Part shown: positions 52,396-64,000 of the stretch, piece after piece
How positions within the stretch are numbered: position 1 is the first letter of the stretch
Layout: each line of letters opens with the position of its first letter
DNA from: Octopus sinensis
Lineage: Eukaryota
Assembly: GCF_006345805.1 (NCBI RefSeq)
Contig: NC_043008.1
Coordinates: 33,852,001-33,916,000, forward strand
DNA: 64,000 nt
Direction of reading: 5' to 3'
Program-made: the position numbers and the translations under genes
Notes under the pieces: model-generated
Database searches by the model: none
Told to the model about the DNA's origin: nothing
Seen by the model: the letters and a program-made list of their open reading frames with translations, nothing else

Positions 52396-52879
52396 TCAAT
52401 AATTTCACCAAGTAGAATTCGGCATGAAAAAGGACCATTTCACGGTAAACTTAAGTAATACTTTATAAGTAGGGTTCAGCAAAGATTTGCTTTACCACAT
52501 TCCGAAGTTTAGAAAAAGGAGCTAAAAAACCTTAGCTATTTCTTCTACTTTAAAAAGGGACTCCCAGAAAAACCAAAAAAACTTGAAAACAATCCACGCT
52601 GGCAGAGAGGAAAAATAACGAAAATCAATCTATATCTGGTCACCCATGTACGCGTTTTGGAATTAGATCGGTATAAAGAATATAGAATTATACTTTACCC
52701 AACCATTTTCTTCATCAGCATGGTCCTCCAACAATATTAAATATTAAAAATATTAAATTCGAAAGCACTGGAAGAATTGAACATATCTCTCCACCTAACG
52801 GTATCAGACAGATCATATTCGGTGTTAATACCGCCGAATTCAAAATACGAATGAGGTTCATCACCTTCCCCTGCCCATC

Positions 52880-54120
52880 CGTGTGTGTCGTCAAGTAAAA
52901 TACTACAGAAAAATCTGTAGTTTGTTATCAGGGAGAAAATTCTATTATCATGGGAGTCCCTTTAACAAAAATTTTTGTGGGGTTGTAGACAGCACCACGT
53001 GCAGGTTGATACATTATAGCTCTTTTTCTTTTCAAGTTGGTGGTCAAGCCAAAATCATCACAAACCGAGTTATATGTAGATACAAGAGATTGCAGACCTG
53101 TTTCAGAATGACTGACAAGATCACAATCGTCAACATACAAGAGTTCCCAAATGAGTGAAGTGAAAACCTTCGTTTTGAATTTCAGTCTGGTCAGATTAAA
53201 AACATTCCCAGTTCGATATTTTATGTAAATACCCTAATCTGAGTTCTGAAAAGTGTGTGTTAGCCCAACAGCACAGTATATTGCGAAGAGGGTGGGTGCA
53301 TCATGGTCTCCTTGCTTTACTCCATTTTCCATGGCAAAAGATTCAGAGAGCCTATCACCAAAATTAACTCTTTCATACCTTGATGCAAAACCCAGATCAT
53401 GTTTACAAATTTTTCTGGGCAACCTATTTTTCTTAGAATTAGACACAGGGAATTTCGATTAACAGTTTCGAATGTTTTGCTCAAATCAACAAAAGAATGG
53501 TATAGGGGAAGATTTTGTTCAATGCACTTTCTCTGCAAGTGTCTGATAGTAAAGATACCATCAACTGTGCCCCTGGAGGAGCTAAAACCACACCGAGACG
53601 CAAACACCATATTTGGAAAAATGAAAGTATTTAAACATTCTAACAGAATGTAATGAATACCTTTCTAACCACAGACAAAAGCGAAATCCCACGAGAATTA
53701 CCACACTGATCCTTTGGCCCCAATTTATACAAGGAGACTAAAATGGCATCAATCCAGTCTTGAGGCACTTTCTCAGTTCTCCTACATCACAAATTAATAT
53801 ATTTAAAAGTTCAAACATTTTGTCGCTCCCATATTTCAAGACTTCTGCACAGATTCCATCAGACTTTGGAGACTTATTGTTACTCAGCTTATTCACAGCT
53901 AGATAAATGTCCTTTAGAGTTGGTTCAAATGACATCTCTTCTATAATAGGAAGGTGCTCCATTTTTTCTATCATCCTCATGTCAACGGATGATGGTCTAT
54001 TCAAAAGTGCAGAAAAATGTTCTACCAAGTGCTTATGAGTAGAAGCAGCGACAGTCAGAAGCAAACTTCCATTTGCTGTTCTCACTGGAGCTATTGAAGA
54101 CGATTTTGGGCCTTATACCA
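52880..54120 (-). mobile_element. RTE LINE RT fragment
   Basis: CGFSSSRGTVDGIF, FVDLSKTFETVNR, GVKQGD..AP, YVDDCDLV. Confidence 0.85.
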
Positions 54121-54141
54121 CCTCAACATAAGAGTTAAGGG

Positions 54142-54219
<78 letters not shown>

Positions 54220-54220
54220 A

Positions 54221-56588
54221 CTAGCAGAATTTCCCGGCGATGCTCGGGGCTGAATGGCTTGAAAGTACTGTTAATGATTGCACTGAATTATGATGATTAT
54301 TCAGGCAAATATTGATATAAGTTTACGGTGGGAGATAAGGACTTAGCGATCAAACGTGTGCCATTGCATTGTTTTAGGGGAACCAAATTTCTAATGAGCA
54401 TTATAGGGGCACCAACTTTAAGTTTGAGAATGTGTGGTGGTAGTCCGGGGTGCTCAAAGGAATTGAGTACCTCTATAGGATAGTTGATGACGTCCTCTGG
54501 GTCAGGAGTTGTATCGATAGACTTATATACATAGACATCCCCAGGAATGAGTTTTAGCATTTCATCATTAATATGGTGAACAGTTTTATTCCTCAGGGCC
54601 AGAATAGCCCTTTGGCCAATCCAATCCATATTCTGATAATTAGCTTGTAGATCTGGGAACACTGCTTCTCTGAGATCAGAAGGCGTTTTAACAATGGTAC
54701 AAATGGAATCGATGGCAATATTACCATTTTCATCCCCTGGTATTTTGCCTTCGCCAAGTGCAAGGAGGGTGTGAGAAAATGCTGCTGATGTGATATTACG
54801 TCGCATATGAGCACGCATATTGGTGTGAAGTTTGAGAGTCTTCACCAGTGGCCACAATGTGGATGACTTAAGACACGCACTTACTGCATCAGCTGTAGTC
54901 CCTTTGGGAATAACGGGAAGTGTTTGTCGGAAGTCCCCTGAAAGAAGAAGTGTTATGCCTCCCATGGGAGCTGAAGAGTGTTTGATGTCTCTGAGAGATC
55001 TATCTAGTGCCTCAAGAGCACCTCTGTAGGCCATCGTGCATTCATCCCAAACGATAAGCTTGCATCGTCTTAAGGCTTCTGCCTGATCGGAGCTGTTACT
55101 GATGTTGCAAGTTGGTGTCTCAGTCTTCGCTAAGTCAAGCGGAAGCTTGAAAGTGGAGTGAGCTGTCCTGCCGCCTGGCAACAAAGTAGCCGCAATTCCA
55201 GATGATGCCACAGCTAGGGCAATGCCTTGTGTTCGCCTAATCTCAGCCAATATTAATTTGTTGAGAAAAGTTTTCCCAGTGCCCCCAGGAGCGTCCAGGA
55301 AAAGAATCCCCCAGCTTTGGGCCGGACTGAATTAACAACGGAGTTGTAAGCGAACTTCTGTTCTGGAAGGAGCTTTGGCTCATTGTCGGCTATGTACTCG
55401 GCAAGCTCGTCAACATTAAAACATGTCTCACGCAGCAAATGTGAAGACAGAGTGTTTGTGCGTTCCCGGTTTGTTGAAGGTAGGCCATAGACCGGCAAGG
55501 CACTACCGCCCATATCAAGTACAGTATCTTCGAACGTAGTTTGTTACCACACAGCCACACATGCCCCTATGTGTGCGTGTGTCTGTACGTGTGTGTATGG
55601 GTAGATATATTATGCATGTATATATGTGTACATATTACATGTACATCTATATATATATATACATCTACACATAAAATACAAAATAGAAAGTTATATCTTG
55701 ATATCGCTAGTGATAACAATACTCAAAATATATAACAGACTGGAATTGTAGGCCCGTCTCTTGCAATTTCGATCAATTGGATCTTGTCCTCCCTCTTGTA
55801 TAGAAGTGTACGGCTGCAGCGAAATTCATTTTTGGACTTTCTTCTATCGAAGGCAATTTAACAAAAATGCTTCCGTAAAGACGGTGAAAATATTGTCAAT
55901 TTCCCCAAACAGGGACACAATTCAATTTTGAAACAATAACCAAAGCCCCTTCTCCGAAAGGGGGAGGGTTACGGTTTACAATTATTTAACAAATGCAACA
56001 CAACAACGTTTCCCTGACGAGGAACCAACAAATGTGATTACAATAGTCAAACAGTAATAATAATAACAGCAAACCTTTTTAATTTATCCCCATTTATGTG
56101 AAACCACTTATTCAAGTTCAAGTCATTGATGCAATTTTATACGAATTGCTAATACACACACACATAATAAAGGTGAAAAATTGAATGTTAATTTGATTAA
56201 TATGAATTGAAAACCAGTGGTGTAGCATATAAGACCATAGCGGATCTTCTTCTAGCAAAAAGGATGACCAGTATTAATTGCTCATCCCTTTTATATAAAT
56301 ACTGTCACTTTAATTGTTGCACACTTGCAAAGAGAAAGGAGGAGAAAGTGTAGTGGTAATGGTAGGAGTGAAGCACTTGAAATGAAAGAGGGAAATCGTA
56401 AAATATTGAGTTTTCTCGAATCTTTGCTTAATTGGGGGTGAAATTGAAAAAACTTTACATGCCATGACCCAATGGAATTTACTTGGAAATATGATAGGTA
56501 AATTCCAATTGAAGAAATTCTATATTTTAGAATTGTATAAAAAATGAACGGTTTGGGAGGCAGAGAAAATCTGCCTTTTATCATAAGA
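54221..56588 (-). mobile_element. Helitron copy 1 (internally deleted, PIF1 helicase remnant)
   Basis: 5' TCTTATGATAAAAGG at 56588; 3' hairpin CCCGAGCATCGCCGGG plus CTAG at 54221, followed by T; DAPGGTGKT, IVWDECTM, GDFRQTLPV, LRNL...CNGTRL. Confidence 0.92.
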
Positions 56589-58513
56589 CTAGCAGAATTG
56601 CTCGGGGCTGAATTGCTTGAAAGTACTGTTAATGATTGCACTGAATTATGATGACTATTCAGGCAAATATTGATATAAGTTTACGGTGGGAGATAAGGAC
56701 TAAACGATCAAACGTGTGCCATTGCATTGTTTTGGGGGTACCAAATTTCTAATGAGCATTATAGGGGCACCAACTTTAAGTTTGGGAATGTGTAGTGGTA
56801 TTCCGGGGGGCTCAAAGGAATTGAGTACCTCTATAGGATAGTTGATGACGTCCTCTGGGTCAGGAGTTGTATCGATAGACTTATATACATAGACATCCCC
56901 AGGAATGAATTTTAGCATTTCATCATTAATATGGTGAACAGTTTTATTCCTCGGGGCCAGAATAGCCCTTTGGCCAATCCAATCCATATTCTGATAATTA
57001 GCTTGTAGATCTGGGAACACTGCCTCTCTGAGATCAGAAGGCGTTTTAACAATGGTACAAATGGAATCGATGGCAATATTACCATTTTCATCCCCTGGTA
57101 TTTTGCCTTCGCCAAGTGCAAGGAGGGTGTGAGAAAATGCTGCTGATGTGATATTACGTCGCATATGAGCACGCATATTGGTGTGAAGTTTGAGAGTCTT
57201 CACCAGTGGCCACAATGTGGATGACTTAAGACACGCACTTACTGCATCAGCTGTAGTCCCTTTGGGAATAACGGGAAGTGTTTGTCGGAAGTCCCCTGAA
57301 AGAAGAAGTGTTATGCCTCCCATGGGAGCTGAAGAGTGTTTGATGTCTCTGAGAGATCTATCTAGTGCCTCAAGAGCACCTCTGTGGGCCATCGTGCATT
57401 CATCCCAAACGATAAGCTTGCATCGTCTGAAGACTTCTGCCTGATCGGAGCTGTTACTGATGTTGCAAGTTGGTGTCTCAGTCTTCGCTAAGTCAAGCGA
57501 AAGCTTGAAAGTGGAGTGAGCTGTCCTGCCGCCTGGCAACAAAGTAGCCGCAATTCCAGATGATGCCACAGCTAGGGCAATGCTTTGTGTTCGCCTAATC
57601 TCAGCCAATATTAATTTGTTGAGAAAAGTTTTCCCAGTGCCCCCAGGAGCGTCCAGGAAAAGAATCCCCCAGCTTTGGGCCGGACTGAATTAACAACGGA
57701 GTTGTAAGCGAACTTCTGTTCTGGAAGGAGCTTTGGCTCATTGTCGGCTATGTACTCGGCAAGCTCATCAACATTAAAACATGTCTCACGCAGCAAATGT
57801 GAAGACAGAGTGTTTGTGCGTTCCCGGTTTGTTGAAGGTAGGCCATAGACCGGCAAGGCACTACCGCTCATATCAAGTACAGTATTTTCGAAAGTAGTTT
57901 GTTACCACACAGCCACACATGCCCCTATGTGTGCGTGTGTGTGTATGGGTAGATATATTATGCATGTATATATGTGTATATATATATGTGTACATATTAC
58001 ATGTACATCTATATATATATATACATCTACACATAAAATACAAAATAGAAAGTTATATCTTGATATCGCTAGTGATAACAATACTCAAAATATATAACAG
58101 ACTGGAATTGTAGGCCCGTCTCTTGCAATTTCGATCAATTGGATCTTGTCCTCCCTCTTGTATAGAAGTGTACGGCTGCAGCGAAATTCATTTTTGGACT
58201 TTCTTCTATCGAAGGCATTTTAACAAAAATGCTTCCGTAAAAACGGTGAAAATATTGTCAATTTTCCCAAACAGGGACACAATTCAATTTTGAAACAATA
58301 ACCAAAGCCCCTTCTCCGAAAGGGGGAGGGTTACGGTTTACAATTATTTAACAAATGCAACACAACAACGTTTCCCTGACGAGGAACCAACAAACGTGAT
58401 TACAATAGTCAAACAGTAATAATAATAACGACAAACCTTTTTAATTTATCCACATTTATGTGAAACCACTTATTCAAGTTCAAGTCATTGATGCAATTTT
58501 ATACGAATTGCTA

Positions 58514-58564
<51 letters not shown>

Positions 58565-59213
58565 ATAAGGGAATACTTTCACTTTAATAGTTTCACACTG
58601 GCAAAGAGAAAGGAGGAGAAAGTGTAGTGGTAATGGAAGGAGTAAAGCCTTTGAAGTGAAAGAGGGAAATGGTAAAATATTGAGTTTTCTCGAATTTTTG
58701 CTTAATTGGGGGTCAAATTGAAAGAAATTTGTATGCCATGACCGAATGGTAGTACTTGGAAAAATCATAGGTAAACTCTAATTGAAGAAATTTTGTGAGG
58801 AGTAAATCGTTATGTATTTATTTGTTTCTGTTTGCTGTGTATTATTTTTTGAGTAGTGGTTTAAGGTACACTTGCAAAGAGAAAGTAGGAGAAATTAGGG
58901 TGATAGCATGAGTGAAGCAGTTCATCCCTGTTATATAAATAGTTTCACTTTAATCGTTGCACACTTGCAAAGGGAAAGTAGCAGAAAGTGTGGTGGTAAT
59001 AGTAGGAGTGAAGCACTTTAAATGAAAGAGGGAAATCGTAAAATATTTACTTTTCTCGAATTTTTGCTTAATTGGGGGGGAAATTTAAAAAACTTTACAT
59101 GCCACGACCCGATGGAACCTACTTGTAAAAATGATAGGTAAATTCTATATTGTAGAATTGTATAAAAAACAAACGGTTTGGGAGGCAGATAAAATCTGCC
59201 TTTTATCATAAGA
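56589..59213 (-). mobile_element. Helitron copy 2, head-to-tail with copy 1
   Basis: CTAG at 56589-56592 directly abuts the TC of copy 1; hairpin half deleted; same helicase truncation; 5' subterminal block duplicated (58560-59213). Confidence 0.9.
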
Positions 59214-59309
59214 GATAAGATATATATATATATATATATATATGAGACGCCATGATAGATCGTTAGCTACTACACACATTTTATTTCTCTCCTTGTTTTT
59301 TTCTGTGTA

Positions 59310-59346
59310 TCTTTCTGTAGACGAGCGTAGGCTCGAAACGTAAACG
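59310..59346 (+). ncRNA. Degenerate minimal hammerhead motif
   Basis: CTGTAGA-C-GAGC-GTAG-GCTC-GAAAC-GTA; core is mutated. Confidence 0.35.
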
Positions 59347-59447
59347 ACTTTTTCTATTCCTGAGCACTATACTAATACATCTGTTTGTTTGTACACCACT
59401 TGCCTTCGTCTTTTGTTTATTTTCGTAAACTTCCCTTTATATATATA

Positions 59448-59830
59448 CTAGCAGTATCGCCCGGCGTTGCTCAGGTTTGTAAGGGAAATAACTATAAAGC
59501 ATTTTTAGAGAGTTATAGCCAAAAAATAGCATAAAAATGGGAAAAAAATGATGGTAAATTTTTTTTGAGTTAAAAAAGGTCGAGTTGCGTCCCCTAGACA
59601 GTCTGTGGTTTGTGTTTCTGATTCTCGACCCCATGTCGAATTTATCGATTTTTTTCCGAACTGGGGGAACTTTTCAAAATTTTCGCTGCGTTAGTTTTGA
59701 ATTATGACATTGGGCTATGTGTGTGTCAAGTTTCATCAGAATCGGTTGAAAGCCGTGGTCAGGGTGAGGGTACAACCAAACAGACACACAGAAACACATA
59801 CAGACAAACTGCCGTTTATATATATATAGA
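59448..59830 (-). mobile_element. Complete non-autonomous Helitron (383 bp)
   Basis: A|TCTATATATATATAAACGG ... CCTGAGCAACGCCGGG hairpin ... CTAG|T. Confidence 0.85.
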
Positions 59831-59921
59831 TATGTATGTCCATTCAAAATGTGACCGCGTGTGTACTGTTGGCGACTTTTTTTCCTCCGTCTTCTCTTCT
59901 CTGGATCTTTCCTTTTCCTAT

Positions 59922-59956
59922 GTTTCTGACGAAGAGCTCTGCTCGAAACGTTAAAC
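59922..59956 (+). ncRNA. Minimal type I hammerhead motif
   Basis: GTTT-CTGACGA-A-GAGC-TCT-GCTC-GAAAC-GTT-AAAC; same family as 7055-7089. Confidence 0.65.
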
Positions 59957-60063
59957 CGTCCTTCTTCCTTTCCTTCCTGAGCGTCCAATAATACTATATT
60001 TGTTCCACGTCCTCGCATTGCTGTGTTTTCTCTTTGTGTTTTCATGTTTGGATTAACTTTATA

Positions 60064-60152
<89 letters not shown>

Positions 60153-60429
60153 TTACACACACACACACACATATATATATATCTTAGGAAAATATACAGG
60201 GCAGGAAAATTATAGAAATTTTTCTACCAGTGGCCTAGCATGCAGAAAATAGTCAATAGACTATATATTATTCATATAAAATTAGTGTACATTTAAGAGG
60301 TTCCCTGACAGGACACCTAACATGCTAGAAGGACCAGCCAAATTTCAAACCATGGATTTTATATATATATATGTATATATATATACACACACATATATAT
60401 ATACATTCATACATACATTCATACATTCA

Positions 60430-60480
<51 letters not shown>

Positions 60481-60557
60481 GATATGTGTGTGTGTGTGTG
60501 TATGTGTGAGTGTGTGTTACATGCAACGTGCTTTAAATTTTAATCAATTCTTTGCAG

Positions 60558-60651
60558 ATTTATTTGATGAACTTGAATACTTCAGCTACTTATAGATGCT
60601 CACTCGATGACCCTGGTGCCAAAATCAAAGGCTGTCAGCTAAAGCCCGAAG
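60558..60651 (+). CDS. Exon C of the PLAT-domain gene (PLAT C-terminal strands)
   Basis: TTCTTTGCAG acceptor and G|GTAAAT donor; phase 0 start matches exon B; IYLMNLNTSATYRCSLDDPGAKIKGCQLKPE completes W.LE.(I/V).....T..Y.C. Confidence 0.78.
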
Positions 60652-60796
60652 GTAAATTATATCATATGTCTAGGTAGTTAGCGAGTAATAAATATATATA
60701 TATATTTAAAATTAAATAAGTGTAGAAATTGATATTAATCTATTAAAACCAGTGGCCTAGCATATTTTAAAAAAATCCGAAGATTAAAAAATTTTA

Positions 60797-60996
60797 CTTA
60801 CAAAAGTTAGAGGACTGAACACTAAAAAAACGACTGCCTATATGCTAGATATAGACGTCAAAATCGCCATTTTCCACGAAGAATGTAATCTTAAGAAAAA
60901 ATTTAGCTGAATTCTTCGTGGAAAATGGTTATTTTGACGTCTATATCTAGCATATAGGCAGTCATTTTTTTAATGTTCAGTCCTCTAACTTTTGTA
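60797..60996. repeat. ~200 bp hairpin (85 bp arms)
   Basis: tacaaaagttagaggactgaac...ccacgaagaat / attcttcgtgg...gttcagtcctctaacttttgta. Confidence 0.9.
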
Positions 60997-61017
60997 TATA
61001 TATATATATATATATAC

Positions 61018-61052
<35 letters not shown>

Positions 61053-61269
61053 TAGAGAGAGAGAGAGTTAGAGAAAAGAGAAATCACTACTAATCCAAAT
61101 AAGTATTTGTGCAGAAGAAATTAGTGAAGTTGAAGCTGCTTACAGAATATATGAAGTTATTTGAATTTTAAAACATACATAATACATCATCATCATCATG
61201 TAGCATTCATGTATGCATGAGTAGGACACTCACACACATTCCTATATATATATATATATATATGTATAA

Positions 61270-61847
61270 AATGCAGTTTACATTAAAACACATTAAGAGA
61301 CTTCCATCATAGGAATCCTTTACGCTAGAAAGAACAGTTAAAGTCCAAACCACTAATTAGGGATAAATTCTGGAAGGGAATGAAAAATAAAAACATTTAC
61401 CATCTAATTCCTGGACCATGGTTTCTGACTTATTTTAGTAAATAAAAATTATTATTTACCAGGCGAAGTCTTTATCAACAGGGACGCCATAGATTAAATA
61501 TATAAATATAAATATATAAATATATTTAATCTATGGCGTCCCTGTAGATAAAGACATCGCCTGGTAAATAATAATCTTTATTTACGAAAATAAGTCAGAA
61601 ACCATGGTCCAGAAATTAGATGGTAAATGTTTTTATTTTTTATTCCCTTCGAGAATTTATCCCTAATTAGTGGTTTGGACTTTAACTGTTCTTTCTAGCG
61701 TAAAGGATCCCTATGATGGAAGCCTCTTAATGTGTTTTAATGTAAACTGTCTTTTTTATATGAATGATATATAGTCTATTGACTAATCTTTTTACACTAG
61801 GTCACTGGTAGTAAAAATTTCTAAAATTTTTATTACCCTAATATTAT

Positions 61848-61850
<3 letters not shown>
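61270..61850. mobile_element. Fold-back element related to 46257-46985, with degenerate hammerheads
   Basis: Near-perfect palindrome 61270-61750 centred near 61510; GAAACCATGGTC helix III in both arms; same tatagtctattgact terminal block. Confidence 0.8.
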
Positions 61851-61883
<33 letters not shown>

Positions 61884-61921
61884 CATACACACACAGACAT
61901 ACAGACACACACACACTTATA

Positions 61922-62783
61922 CGAGGTCTGATCAACGACTATCTGGACTGTTGCCATGGAAATGAAACCAAAGCATGCAAAGTAAAGCCACTTGGCACAG
62001 CTTGACATTGAACTCTGCTTTTAATGTTCTAGCTCACTTTTTTGCTTGGAAGGAATGTGTATAGCGTGTGATCATCACATTGACTATGACAGATAAAGCT
62101 GTCATGGTGACACCTCAGAAGCCTACGCAAAGTTGCAAAAAATGTATGGAGAACAGCGTATGAGCCGCATACAAATGTACAAATAGCTCAGATGTTTCCA
62201 AGATGGCTGAAAAAATGTTAATATTAACGACCGTTCTGGGAGATACGTAACCAGCGGAACTGAGAAAAACATTGCAAATGTTCGTGCAGCTGTGAAGGGA
62301 AATCATCAAATCACCATCCATGTGTTATTAGAGGATTTGCAGATTAGTTATGTTTCAGTTCAGTCCATTATCACTGAAGATTTGGGTATGAGACATGTGT
62401 CTGCCAAATTTGTGCCAAAACTGCTCTCAGCTGACCAAAAAGACATTCGGGTTTCAGTTGCACAAGATTTCTTTGATGGTGTCGAGAATGATGAAAACTT
62501 TATAAAAACTTTGTGTAGGCTGCTGAGCAGGTATTGCCAAGCTTTTGGCAAAATTGGATGCAGATTCTCTGCTCAAGTTTCTCTGACATGGTCAATACGA
62601 TGATCACACACTACACACCTACCTTCCAAGTCCTATTGTAAAAAGCGGAAGTGAGCTAGAACATTAAATCTTAGTGCGCATGTGCAGCAGAGTTCATGGT
62701 CAATCTGTGCCAAGCAGCTTCACTCTCCATACTCGAGCTTCGTTACTGTAGCAACAATCTGGATACATATTGATCAGACCACG
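61922..62783 (+). mobile_element. Internally deleted mariner with ~200 bp long inverted termini
   Basis: TIR CGAGGTCTGATCAA / TTGATCAGACCACG; transposase N-terminus (RSGR...LGMRHVSAKFVPKLL). Confidence 0.85.
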
Positions 62784-63189
62784 TTTACATATATATACAT
62801 ACATATACACATACATACATATGTATATATACATACGTGTGTGTGTGTTTGTGTTGTATGTGTGTGTGTGTGTGTGTATCAGTATAAAAACGTAGTACAT
62901 TATACAATTCCTGTTCACAAATGAATGCAAGTAAAGTAAGCTAATCATCAGATCACCAGAATATCGAAGTAATACCAACAATTTAATGATTTGTGAATAT
63001 ACAATCGTATTGTATAATACACATCATGCATATGGATATAATCATGTGAACATAATTTATTGCACACTGAAATTATTACTGCATAAAAAATGTTTCAAAA
63101 CAGCTGTAATCCTATAGATGCCAAGTGGTTAAATAAATGTATTCGCCCCTTATACCTCTTAGCTTTTTAAGGTTTATACTGATACATAC

Positions 63190-63355
<166 letters not shown>

Positions 63356-63379
63356 GATGGATTCTCTTGTATGTGAATA

Positions 63380-64000
63380 GTAAATCTTAAACTGTTTGCA
63401 CAAAAGTACTACTTTTTGCTTTGAAATGCTGTTGGTTGAACAAACCACAACCAGTTCTGTGCTCAAACTTTACTCCTTCTTTAATACCCTTGAATGTTGT
63501 TTCCAATATGGTGGAGAAATAGAAAACAAATAAGAGTGGTGCAAGAACACAGCCACGTTTTGTCCCATTTGAAACTGTGAATGAATCAAATGGTTTCATG
63601 CTAGATCTGAGAGAAGCCATCATCCCTTGATGGAAAGAAATGATGACATTGAGCATCTTTTCTGAAACGCCCAGCTTTTTAAGGACAACCCAAAGAGCAT
63701 CTCTAGATATTGTGCCGAAATGAAAGCTTTAGTTAGATCTGCAAAAGTTGCAAAAAGGTTTCCGTTGTGCTCACAAGCCTTTTCCTGCTGCTGCCTTAGG
63801 CTAAAAATCATATCCACTGTGCCTCTACCAGCCTGAAATCTACACTGAGATTCAGGGGACACCATGCTGGCAAGGGCATTATTTAGTCTGTTTAAGATAA
63901 ACCCTTGAAAGGACCTTCCTGGCAACACACAAACGGGAGATACCTCTATGGTTGTCACATTCACATTTGTTGCCATTGTCCTGTGGGACTGATCCTGGTT
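63380..64000 (-). mobile_element. RTE LINE RT fragment
   Basis: PESQCRFQAGRGTVDMIFSLRQ.QEK, FADLTKAF, GTKRGCVLAPLLF. Confidence 0.85.

Noticed and set aside
54297-55250. Host PIF1 helicase gene
   Set aside because: Intronless, truncated, frameshifted and bounded by Helitron termini
55985-56020. CTGACGA next to GAAACGTT (also ~58370)
   Set aside because: The two core halves are on opposite strands; Helitron internal sequence

Overview
Eukaryotic, AT-rich, repeat-saturated nuclear DNA, most likely an octopus or other coleoid cephalopod. This is inferred from the tRNA-derived SINE families, the RTE/R4/Penelope load, the microsatellite density and molluscan-type mitochondrial fragments. Most ORFs in the supplied track are microsatellite or antisense artefacts. 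Hidden in the repeats are three phase-compatible + strand exons (25659-25707, 37507-37751, 60558-60651). They splice into a signal peptide plus a divergent PLAT/LH2 domain, with introns of ~11.8 kb and ~22.8 kb. A probable terminal exon of an upstream gene encodes a tyrosine-motif-rich cytoplasmic tail and is tandemly duplicated (1511-2448). An old NUMT carries cob and nad1 (3700-6090). The most unusual signal is a dense set of Penelope-like (GIY-YIG, Naiad-like) remnants with about a dozen type I hammerhead ribozyme motifs. These include a ~6.8 kb nested inverted structure around an RT-less GIY-YIG ORF (45052-51866) and non-coding fold-back elements with opposed ribozymes (46257-46985, 61270-61850). 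Also present: a head-to-tail Helitron dimer with an exact CTAG|TC junction (54221-59213), a Gypsy provirus with an internal inversion (16558-20830), RTE/R4/CR1 LINEs, mariner/Tigger remnants and MITEs. I found no prokaryotic features, CRISPR arrays or functional tRNA/rRNA genes. All family names were assigned by eye from motifs; no searches were run.
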